64,000 bases of DNA from Raillietiella orientalis (taxonomy: Eukaryota), in assembly GCA_036172245.1 (NCBI GenBank), contig JAYWIR010000034.1, positions 868,001 through 932,000 on the forward strand, written 5' to 3'. Positions 14,001-24,988 of the stretch are shown here, piece after piece. Under the pieces are notes generated by a model. The model saw only the letters and a list, made by a program, of their open reading frames with translations. It was not told the DNA's origin and searched no databases. Every line of letters begins with the position of its first letter. Position 1 is the stretch's first letter. A program made the position numbers and the translations under genes.

Positions 14001-14494
14001 AGGACACTCGTCTTTTCTAAATTGCTGTATGGATTAGCACCACTTCCTAAAGAAAACTTATTAAGAATACATGCAAATGGAGTACTTTACAAAAGAAATC
14101 CTACAAATACAATATTTAACAATATGAAATAAGAAACAACGACTTTTTCATTTGCATGTTCTACTAGTAGAAAATGCAAATGGTAATTACAATGGGTACA
14201 AATTACTAACCCAGTGACTTAACAGAATGAGACTTTCCGCTATTACTTGTAACCATTTTTTAATAAATTATATGAATCATATTTCTTCCAAAATGTGACG
14301 TAAGTGTGGTTTCAATTGTTTAAATTCTCATATGTGAGAATCACAATATTTTTTTTTACAATTAAGTTGTCTGATTGTAACTTTTCTTCATTCACTGTTA
14401 TGGTTGCCCTTCAAACTGTGAATACACCACCTTATAGGAACCCATATTTACCTTCTTCCTCATCTTTTTTATCCTTTTTGAACACATTAATCAT
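11030..14494 (-). CDS. COPG: Coatomer subunit gamma (gamma-COP), about 10 exons; first exon 14494-14452, stop at 11030-11032
   Basis: [31 protein letters not shown]..., [50 protein letters not shown]...[18 protein letters not shown] and a last exon [15 protein letters not shown]. Introns are GT-AG and mostly about 50 nt. AATAAA (minus strand) at about 10793-10798. Confidence 0.97.
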
Positions 14495-17219
14495 TATCTT
14501 ACATTCCACAGACTAAAATGCATCGAGAATGACTTTTGTTTAACTCCACACTTGCAAAGTTTACTTACACTACAAGGCAAATGAGTACAAGGTACCTTGG
14601 TGCTCCTCCCCACACGTCGACGGAAGGTGCAGGCACACAGAAGCGAAGAAACCACCAAAGATTCAATTACGACTTTAGCTGATTTTTATGTCTGAAAATT
14701 GGTTTCACGAAATCACAGAATCCAAATTTAAAAATTAATGGAAATTTCTTATATTATTAGCATATTTCATATCAGTCCATTAACTGAATTCGATATCATT
14801 TATGGACATGCTCCTCAGAAATGAATACATTTTCTGGCTTCATCACCAAAACATAGATCTCATGTCTCCCATATTTGTGGTTTTCTTTAAAGTTTAAAGA
14901 AAAAGAATTCGAAATTTTAAATGTCAGTCATCGTCGCTACAATAAAGAATGTGTTTAGCAAATATCATATAGACGAAAAGAAAACTTCAAGAGAACAAGT
15001 CTTTCACTCATTTTGTACACACGTGTTGAGGATCCAATATCAAAAATTCCCTTTCTAAAAAAGGCCTCTAACACATTTAGAGAAATAATGCACTGAGTGC
15101 ACCTATCAAATATCTGATATTCTATCTTCAAAAACTCACTAACATTTTGAATAATGTTATTCATTAGAAGACTTCTCGTGGTGTTTTCTCGAATCGAATC
15201 TTTACAAAACAGAATCAGACTTTTTTTAAATCTCTTAAAAACAGAAAGTGAGTTGTTCAAAAAATACTGATACTCTCATTATAAATAAATTCGACTATTA
15301 ATCTAATGTAAATTAATGCACATTTCATTCACAGTCATCTATTGCTTCATATCTAACAAAATGAAATAATCCGCTTTCCATTTATTTAACATTCGGAAAT
15401 ATACTCTGATTGAATTAATTATATTACATCCAATGTTGATGATCTAGGGTGAAGTCAATTTTGACTAAGCTAACCTTTTTTCTGTTTAACTGACTTATGT
15501 TTTTCCCACTTCTTGCAGTCCACAACACATTCGAAACCTTTTTTCAAGTGACTCTGTGATTCAAGATGGAAACAAAATGTATTCATTGATATATATATAT
15601 ATATAATATGCATCCATCCATCCAGACTTTGTGTTTTTTTTTGTGTTCTACTACTTCTGCAGAATTGTTCATGTTTTGGGGAGAAATATGTTGTTATCCC
15701 GGAATTAATTCAAGTTATTATGTTTCCGAACAAACAGAAGCTCTTATTTATGATTACAATTGAAAAAAGGAAAAAGATAATGTCAAATCACTCTTGATGG
15801 GTTTCGAAGTAAGACGCAAATAGAATTCATTTTAGCCATGATATTGTTTTGGCATTACCTAAGAAATATCCAAACTTTTTTTTAAAAATGGACACATCCG
15901 AAAAATCAACTCAATTGTAGACAAGATATTTTTAGAGGGAGATAATTTCGAAAGATTAGAGTACTAAAACTCTTAATGAAATTATTGAGAGAATGAATCA
16001 TGATGCTCAAAAGTAGCACTTGAAGTCACTCTTCTAAATGATAAAAACAATTAGCACAAAAACACCGACAGTTGAAAGATTAAGTACTGCTAAAATCATA
16101 CAAGGAAAAAGATATCTATGCAAGTCTCAAATAAAAGCCAAATACATTAATATTAGTGCGGTACCCAAGTTTGATGATCCGAACTATAGTTGAGTTAAAA
16201 CCTGTAAGGCTTTCTGAATAATTGTAAAATGAACAGGAATTTAGAAGAAACTAAAACAGTTAGATAAATTAAGATTTTAGAGAGAAGCAAGGAGGGTAGT
16301 GTATTATAATTTATCTGTGAATGATGACGAACTATGTATCTTCAAGAGTTTCTGTGAGAGAACTATCACATTCCTGAGATAAAGAGATGTCACTATATAT
16401 TCAAATATTCACTGTAAGCAATTAACAAGGGAATACTATAAATACAAATCTAAAAGGATGCTCTAATGTGTTTTTATGAAAACAAGCGCTTAGTACTAGC
16501 AAACCACAAGTCCGAAACTATTAGCAACAACAAAACTCCAAAAAAAAAAAAATCTAAGAAAAGGAATACACATCAGGAGCGAGTGTTTGTCCAATCTAGA
16601 TCTATCAACTCAAGAAAAATGAAGACATTAGTAAACACTTTCAATACTATGTATTTACGAAAACCGCAAGCTGGAACTGTTATCTAATCAGCGGACGAAA
16701 ATCCTCCGAATTATCAAAATAACTTGTAATTACTTAGATTGTCAACTTGACTAATTGCAATTCATTTTAAACTGTGGTTCTGCGATACGAACAGTAGGCG
16801 CCAAGTGATGGAATATTCTTTTCATACCGATTAAAGAAGCCTTCTCTCATCACGTTCTAAATAGAATTCCTAGACGCACAGCTTAGCGAATCTGACGATC
16901 ACCGTCCAATGGTATCAATTGTACCACTGGTATCATCCAATTCTCCCCCCATAGATCAAACCTAGACCATGGGATCCCTGATAACACATCCCCTCATGAG
17001 CTCTTCCTCTATCTTCGAACGCACGGCACGCGTGCCAGACGGCCTCCCTCCAGCACGGCCGATCCGCCGACGTGGCCGAAGAAGGCCCGCTCGCGCCACC
17101 CCCACAGGATCAGTGATGAGACGACGACCTGTTTCCGCGACCCCTGCTCCTACCCGATGGGAAAGAAAGAGCGGGGAGAGCGAACAGGCTCCACCTGGTC
17201 GCTCCCTCGCTCTTTCGCT

Positions 17220-18952
17220 GCGCCCGTACCACGAGCGCGTGCGGTAGCAGAAATGGACCCCCTCTGCTCCTCCGCCATCACGGGAAGGACAAGGAGACCG
17301 CCGCGACGGGGCGCAAGGTTTCGCGGGGAACGCCGCTGGCACCAAGGAACCTGCCGGGAACGGGCAAAGCGCAAGCAGGAAGAATCCGGGAAACGGAAAA
17401 GGGTAGGCGAAGGCAGCGGGTCCTGCTCCAGCGGAGTGGGGCGGGCAAACGTCAAAGAAGACCCTGCGCGAGACCCGAGCGAAGCCGGGGGACGCCGCAG
17501 TCTCGGTAGCAAAACGCTCTCAGCAAAAGGCCACCTTTCCATAAGGTGACGCCCCCCTCTGGGGCAACCGCGCGGCGACACTCGGCCCCCTCAGGGCAAT
17601 TCGCGCACCGGCGGCTGGGGACCACCTCCTCCTACAAGGGAACGGCGCACCGTTTCTTCCTTTGCGCGCGCGCCACTTGTCTTCGTCCGACAGCCGCCGT
17701 CCCGGACGGCCCTGCGAACCGATGTGCAACAAGACGTGCGGGGGTGATCGCAAATTAACCATCGAGGGCTGTCCGTCCGCCGCAGAAGGAAGGGCCGCCT
17801 CACCATATGCGACGACGGGCGCTGGCTGCCTCTTCACGCTCCCCAGGCCACGCGACACGGCAACCCGGCCGCGAGCAGACGTTCGTTCGCGACCCGTGCG
17901 TGCGCATGCGCATCCCGACCGACCGCTTTCTCGCTCGCTCCCTCCTGCGAAAGGTGCGCACCGGGTGAGGCGCTGGCACGCGCCCACTCGTTGCTAGCTG
18001 CTCGTCGTCGCCGCTCGTGCGCACGCCTCCGACGTTTTCGTGGTTGCACGCGGCTCGGCTTGCAGACGTCAGGGCAGAACGCAGGGAGCGCGGCCGCCCA
18101 CCGACCGCGTCCATTCCTTGCTGGGCGGGGTCACCGTCGTCCGGGGCGTTGCTGCGTGATGGTCTCCGTGTCCGTCCCTTTGCTTGGAGGGCCGCCGCAA
18201 GAGAAGGTGGCTGGGTTCCTCGGCGCGTGTCGACGCCGTTGCACGCAAGAGCTACCAAGAGCAGAAGACGTGCGCTCAGCGTGCGTCGGATCGTCGCCTA
18301 CCGGCGTCCCACTCGCTCTCTCCCCCTCATCCGGTTTCCCTGCTGCAGGGGAACAGCAGCGTCTGCCGGCAAGGAAGAAGAACTTTTCGTTGCAGCATGG
18401 CGATTCTGCACGATGAGCCGAAAGAAGCGCGGTGCACTCTGGGAACGGGTCGTACGGGGTGGCGAATGCTCGTTCACTACGGGAATGCCTGAAGAGGCAA
18501 CGACCGGGAAGATGGAATGCCTGCTCCGTGCTGCTCAACGAGCTCATGGCATCTCTCTCGAAAGGAAAGCCACTTCCGCTTTCAGGAGTTTCCCGAAACT
18601 CTCCTTGCGTCAAAGGACAAAGGAATTTAGGAAAAGTGATTGAAGTAACCATCTCGTCTTTCTTTCTCCGCCTGCTGCTCGGCGATACGCGGTGTTTAGC
18701 AGGAAATCCTCTTTGCTCCCTCTCATGGTCGTTGGCATATGGCCGACTCGGCCTTCCCTGTAAAGCTGCTGCTGCACCGAATGCACGGGAACGAACGTTT
18801 CATTTCCGGAAATCGAACGTCCGCAATCAAACGTACGTCCAACTCCTTTACGCCTGTGCTCCGAGAGGCTCGCGAGCAAATGTTGTTCCTATTCCCACGA
18901 GGCTGAATTTCCATTTCCAGTGCGAGATTCCCCTTCTTTTAAGGAGGCTTGT
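17220..18952 (+). repeat. Copy 1 of a 1733-bp near-identical inverted duplication (partner 39621-41353)
   Basis: Identical ORF translations occur on opposite strands and paired coordinates always sum to 58573, so there are no indels. Only a handful of substitutions are visible by eye. Confidence 0.97.
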
Positions 18953-18989
18953 TAAAAACATCCTTATATTACGCCTCCAGCAGTGCTCA

Positions 18990-19620
18990 TGTAGATTAAG
19001 AGTGGCATTCCGAATTCTAAATATCAGGGAACGCGATCACGTTAGTCTTGCCACGCATATTGACTGTGAGTGGTCACCACAGTTTCTTAGCAAAGGGTTA
19101 GGAGGCAATTCAGTTCGCTGACGTGGAAGACGATCATCGTGAAGCCGAAGACAATGAATCGGTGTTCTGATTCTTCTGTCAGCACCTATTTGCTAGGGAA
19201 TGATTCCTGTGGTGCTCTGAGAGATGAGTGAATCAACTACGACAAGAACTGAAGTTTCCTGGGTCGCCACTTCCTGAAGTATTTGTCTATATTTCTCCCA
19301 GTATTGGGAATTTATTGCTTCTCATATTGGATGATGCTCGTGAAAAGGTAGGCTCCCCGAATGTCGACTTGAATCCTTCTCTGAAGATGCCATTACTGAC
19401 AAGCGTTTCCTGCATGGGTCCGCGCAACAGCCTTGCGCCGACTGATTCCGGTTAGCCCAATTCGTGTCTGCGCGTAGTTTAAAAACTCAGGTGCTCTATG
19501 ATGCCTGCCTACAGGACTCGAAGGAAGTTGAATCTGGAAAGACACTTTCAAAATCTGTAACCTTTCAATTGTGCCTTCGTGAAAAATCAAGTGATGGCAG
19601 TGAAAGAGGCTGCACAAGAT
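18990..19620 (-). mobile_element. Old degraded L1/Tx1-type RT fragment
   Basis: Minus-strand translation pieces SSPVGRHHRAPEFLNY (like SPGPDGxxxEFY), FRKWRPRKL (like WRPISL) and RFIVFGFTMIVFHV (like DLVLGFTDIEKAFDSV of the neighbouring element) occur in the expected order. Confidence 0.45.
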
Positions 19621-19838
19621 GCTTGTTAAACTGCTAAATTAATCATGAAGATTTATTCAGCCTTGTGCACGGGCACTATCTTAGCCGAGGACGCCTGCAG
19701 AGGCGCGATTATTGCTAGCTGAAAACTTTAGACCAATACCCCGCCAAGGCAGTGTGTACAACCTCTGCTGAGGCAATTTTTGTGTGCCCCGAGAGGGCAA
19801 GTGAAAAGCGAAAGTGAGTGCCGAGTGCAAAGTATGGA

Positions 19839-21279
19839 AGATGGAGTCCTCCACCAACGCATGTGGGAAACCCCAGCAGCGGAGCAACCCAGCAAAGAGC
19901 ACGGAGAAGAAGCCAAGGATGGAAGAGAAAGCTGGACCGTCCACGGCGATCGCGACGACGTCGACAGCTGCGACAGCAGGTCAGGCACCCGCAGCGCCGT
20001 CGTACGCGGGAGTAGCCGCGTCCGCCTCAATCTCGAAGCCCTCTTCATCCTCGGGGAACGGCGTTATCGTCGGTAAAGAAATTAAAAAGGGCTCAGCCCC
20101 CCAAGAAAGTTCGACCTAGACCTTCCCTATGGGTCATCTGTCGAACAACCTGGTTCAAGACATCTACCTTGCGATCCATCTCAAGAAGATCGATTTCGCA
20201 TCGATAGATGCCATCGTTCATTTCGTCGGGGGTTTCGCCGTGTACATGGACAATGGCCTGGAAATTAATGGCAGGCTCCTCCGCAGAGTCTCGGAACACG
20301 AGGTCACGACGATGTACCTGTCCGGCCTACATCCGATGACCGACGGGGACGCGGTACTCGATTACTTCGCCAAATATGGCGAAATCGTACGCCTGAATGA
20401 CATAGGCTATCACCAAGACAGCTTCGGTGGGGAAGTCATTCTGAAGATTCGAATGAACAAAGGGGCACAGATCGCTACGCTCGTCCAAATCGACGACAAC
20501 TCTCCCGCGTACGCGTGGCGCACCGTGAACAGCCCGACTTTTGCCGCACCTGTGTGGTCTTCGGCCACAGGACGGCGGCCTGCCCCGACAGAAGGTGCAG
20601 GCACTGCGGCAAGCCCGGGCACGCAGACGCTGCATGTGAGCGCCCCAAGCGCTGCTATTTTTGCGAAGCTGAGGGCCACGAGAGGAAGGACTGCCAGAAA
20701 TACCAAGACTGGCTAGCCTTCCAAGAGGAAAGGCGTAGTCAAGCTCTGCAGTCGCAACGAAGGAGGTGTCCAAGCCTTCCCCGGCGGAAAAATACCCCGT
20801 GAAAAGAGAGAAGCCGTCGGCGAAGGAGAAGAAGAAAGTGAACCAGGAGGAACCGCCCGTCAAGGCAACTCCCGTCACTGCACCTCCCGCCGAAGAAACT
20901 CCGCAGGAGGTGACAATCACGAAGATGCAGGGAAACATCGTTAACCTGCGCTCCGCGATTGAGAATGCGACAAGTGAGGAGCAGAAAGGACAGGTAATTC
21001 AGCAGTCCAATGACCAAGCTGGAACGCCTGAGACAAGAGGTCATTCCACCTGAAGTGGCAATGCACCTCGAAGAACAAGTCTACGTGAGCCTCACCTCCC
21101 TAGTCCTGCCAGACGAAGCCCGGAAACAGGGGGAAGGAAAGTCGTCGCCGGTGGAAACGTCAAACAAAGACGAGGCAATGGATGCGCAGGAACTGGAGGG
21201 GAGCGCTACCAGCTGTGTCTCCTCGGGAGAGGATACTCTTGACGAGGGGGAAGCCACCGTCCACGAACTTCGCGCTTAA
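19839..21279 (+). pseudogene. LINE ORF1 (RRM-like region plus three CX2CX4HX4C zinc knuckles), disrupted
   Basis: MYLSGLHPMTDGDAVLDYFAKYGEIV is RRM-like. After a frameshift near 20515 it reads CRTCVVFGHRTAAC, CRHCGKPGHADAAC, CYFCEAEGHERKDC. In-frame stops at about 20117 and 20714. Confidence 0.88.
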
Positions 21280-21350
21280 AGAAGGCGTGACAGGAGTAAA
21301 TGTCCCAAAAGAAAAGGAAAATCAAAAAGATCATCTTAGCCGTCCCCTTT

Positions 21351-24300
21351 ATGACGCAACACCTGACATCTTCGAAGAAAGTCGGGCTCGCATCCTGGAA
21401 CATCAATGGATGTACGAACCCGACGAGGAGGAAAAATATGAAGTGGCTCCTGCGACAGGAAGCCATCTGTTGCCTGTAGGAAACCCACTTCATGACGACG
21501 GAAGCATGTCAAGACCTTGAAAGAGATCTCCAAGTCGACGTCCACCTCAACCAGGGCTCGACTAACAGAAAAGGCGTGGTCATCCTCGTCAAGCAGATCC
21601 TCGCGCCTACCGTCCTGGAAGTTTTCCACGGATGGGAAGGCCACGTCTTGGACCTGAGGATGGCGTGGTCCGGAAGCGTTCACCTGTTCGTGGTGAACGT
21701 GTACGGGCCACTGTTTAAGAAGAAAGCCTTTGAGACAGCGCTCGCAGAGTTAATCAAGAGCAAGATTACCCCGAAAGATGTCGTCGTGATTGCAGGCGAC
21801 TTCAATGTCCGCCTGGACGGCTGTCGGCACGACGAGTCGGGTGCGTACGGCGTCTACCGATGCATGATGGAGGAACTCTCCCTCCTTTGCACGGGAGCGA
21901 ACGCGAAGCGCATCGACTACGTCCTGCACTCGGCAACTCTGGCGAATAGGATGCAGGGGATCCGGGAACTCAACCCCGGAATCTCGGACCATACCCTGCT
22001 GAAATGCAGACTAGCATCCAGGAATCCCAGGAAAGAAAGCGCTGTACCCCGGGCGGCACTCATCTGCATGTCAGAGTGATACGAGCGTTTTCCCCCGTAC
22101 CAGCGCGTCGTGGAAACCATTCTCGCCACGACCAACATCCTGCGCGTGGACGACTGGGATATCCTGAAACACACCATGCACCACTTTTCAAACATGCAGT
22201 ACGGCGACCGGGACCTCCACAGGGAAGCGTGCAGGGAGATGTACCAACTCTATCCCTCCCACTCTGAGTACTGGGAACAGTACCAGAGCCACTTCCTCGA
22301 AAATAGCGTCAAGAAGAACATCGGACGGCTGGAGAAGCGCAACCTGGAAACGGACATATTTCATGTCCGTTACCAAGACAAAGACTAACGAACCTCGGAG
22401 CAAGTTCTGGAAGCATTCCAGCACCACTACTTCGAACTATCTACGAAGAAGACCTTGGACCCGGGAGGTCAGGAACGGATTCTCCGTTGCGTGAAGAAAT
22501 GCCTTGCCTCCCAAGAACTGAACGACCTGGAAAAGCAATTCACTGTCGAGGAGATCAAAGCGGCGTTCGACGGATTGCGCAAGGATGTGGCTGCGGGTCC
22601 TGATAGCGTTCCCATCACGTATTATCAGAGGCACCTAACACACTACCTGCGCCTATTCCGTCAGCTGCTGGAGTGCATCGACCGGGAACAACGACTGCCC
22701 TCCTCCTTTCAGCGAAGCAGGATGAGGCTGCTCCCCAAGGCTGCTTCTCAAGGGACCTCTGCAATGTCACCCAGTGGAGGTCCATATCCGTCCTGAATTC
22801 GGATGCGAAATGGATGGCGAAGATCTGGGCAAACAGGCTGCGCGAATGCATGAAATCGGTGGTTTCCCCCACACACACGTGAGCCGTGCCACGCATGTGG
22901 GATAACTTGAAGTGCTCCCAGGCCCTCCTGGGATACAGTTGTATCCTGGGCAAGGACTTGGTACTGGGCTTCACCGACATCGAGAAGGCCTTCGACTCGG
23001 TAGACCACGCCATGCTGCTGAAGATCCTCGGAAAGCTAGGCTCCCAAGGGAAATTCGTGCAGCACGTGGCACACACCTCGGAAGAGGCCAATTTCTCGAT
23101 TATCGTGAATGGGCTATCGTCGAGCAACATCAAGATGGAAAGAGGAGTCCGACAGGGAGATGCCCCGAGCCCAATGCTCTTCGTGCTATACATGGAGGCA
23201 GTGAGTGCCTTCGTTGAACACGAGAGTCGACTCAAGGGTATCGGCCTGTGCGAAGGAGAACCCAAGGTCACGCACCTGGCCTACGCCGAGACGACCTGTT
23301 TTTCGTCATGATTGACGAGTGGGACCAGGAGGCATTCCTGGACGTCGTGCAGGCCATGGAGTGCGGCCTCGGACTTGGAGTCAACCCCAAGTCCCATCTG
23401 CTCGCCGTGGGAATCCCGGACGTCACCGTCCTCCACGCCCAGGGCTTCCAGATTGAGGGCAGCGTAAAATACCTGGGGGTACACATCGGCGACGAAACAC
23501 CTGCCCTGGAGTCGCAGCAATGGCCGACCATCTTGGCCAAGCTGCGCGAAGAAGCCAGCCAATACACCAGAAGGTCCTTCTCGCAGAAGGACAAGGCAAA
23601 CCTCTGGAACGGGGTGATGGAGCCGAAGTTTCTCTTTGCGTTTTTTCTATCGTTTCCCCCGAGGATAGCAAAAGACCTAGCCGCCATCCAGAGGAACCTT
23701 GTCTGGAGCGGTAAACGACCCAAGATTAAGTTGCACTACCTGTGTCGCCCGCGGATGGAAGGGGTCACCGGCATGTGCGCTGTCTTCACTGCCGTGAAGC
23801 TGCAGGACCTAAAACATCTAGTCCGAATAGTCAGCTCATGGGACGAGTGGACGTTTGCGTTCCACCGCGCCTTCGCAAGACTGGTGCACGGAAGCGACGG
23901 CCTCACGTCCGCCTTGACGCTCACCTCGGGAGGCTGGGACAAAGTGAACCCTACGTGGCCCCGAATCCAGCATCTTACATGGACTTTAAAACTGTGAGTG
24001 GTACCCAGAAGTAAGGAGATAGAACAAGGAACTCACCAAGGTGATCCCGTTGTTCATCAGCATCCCCGGGGACACCGAAGAATGGATCACGAAGAACCGG
24101 AAGATCACCATGGAAGCTTCCGAGAGACTGGCGAACAGCGTAATTATACACGCCCGCCGAGTCCTCGCATACAAGCGTCAGCTCGAGGGGAGGATAACCC
24201 ACAGGACCCGGGAGCTTTGGCAGAATCAAGGCTCCCAGTGGTCCAGGGTGAACCTCCTGATCAACAATCCTCTTAGTTCCCGGGATACAACATCGTCCGA

Positions 24301-24875
24301 GGCGATGCAGAACATCATGTCCCGGTTAGGCAATTCCTCCGTGGACGCACAGGCAATCGGGACGATCCTATGGAGATCCTCGTTGCACCGGACATTCAGG
24401 ACTGCCTCGTGATGTTTTATCACGGAGGCATCCTGTGTGGCACAAGGCTTCAACACTGGACCGGAAATCCCGACGACGACCAGTGCCCCGACCAGTCAAT
24501 CGAAGATGACCTACACATCTACACCTGTCGCACGCTCGCGAGGAACTGGAAGACCATAAAGAGGACGGTGCGGATGGAGGAAATGTCGACGCTGGAGTTC
24601 CTGAGAGGACTCTTCGAGGGCGAAGACGGAGTACCCCGCTACAATCCCACCGTGAGAGTGATCGTGGCCTCCTTCATGAGAAGTATTCTCATACGAAGGA
24701 CAAGACTTTCCCATGGTGAAGTGTGCAGTTCCCTAGATTTCTATGTGGACTCCTGAATAGGGAAATCAACATCCGCGCATGTGGGAGGGTCCCATCCTAC
24801 ATTGCCTCCGGATTGTGCAGTGCGCGGCCAGGACGGTGTAGTGCTGTACCCACTTGGACCGCAACCCCAATGAGT
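21351..24875 (+). pseudogene. LINE ORF2 (APE endonuclease, reverse transcriptase, C-terminal Cys/His domain), disrupted
   Basis: LASWNINGC, CL*ETH, AGDFN, RIDYVL and SDH are APE motifs. AGPDSVP, WRSISVLNSDAK, DIEKAFDSVDH, GVRQGDAPSP, YA(frameshift)DD and KYLGV are RT motifs. Several stops and frameshifts are present. Confidence 0.93.
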
Positions 24876-24941
24876 GACTGTAGTGTGAATGATTATGAAA
24901 ATGAATTCACCCCACCGCGAGTCGGACGTGGGAAAAGAAGA

Positions 24942-24947
24942 TTTATT
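24942..24947 (-). promoter_or_regulatory. Putative AATAAA polyadenylation signal of the PLC-like gene, lying inside the LINE TSD (second copy at 19652-19657)
   Basis: TTTATT on the plus strand about 42 nt downstream of the PLC stop codon. Confidence 0.6.
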
Positions 24948-24988
24948 CATGGCAAGGCTGTTTCATGAAATCCAGTCCGCATCCTTTG

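Larger units (their letters stand above)
19660..24936 (+). mobile_element. Full-length (about 5.28 kb) L1/Tx1-clade non-LTR retrotransposon, inactivated, with a 13-bp TSD GAAGATTTATTCA
   Basis: TSD at 19647-19659 and 24937-24949; short A tail at 24933-24936. Two-ORF structure, with ORF1 carrying three CCHC knuckles and ORF2 carrying APE-RT-Cys/His. Confidence 0.95.

Noticed and set aside
15890..16700. LTR gag relic (VPKFDDPNY)
   Set aside because: A single short motif in a stop-rich, A-rich region; not enough support.
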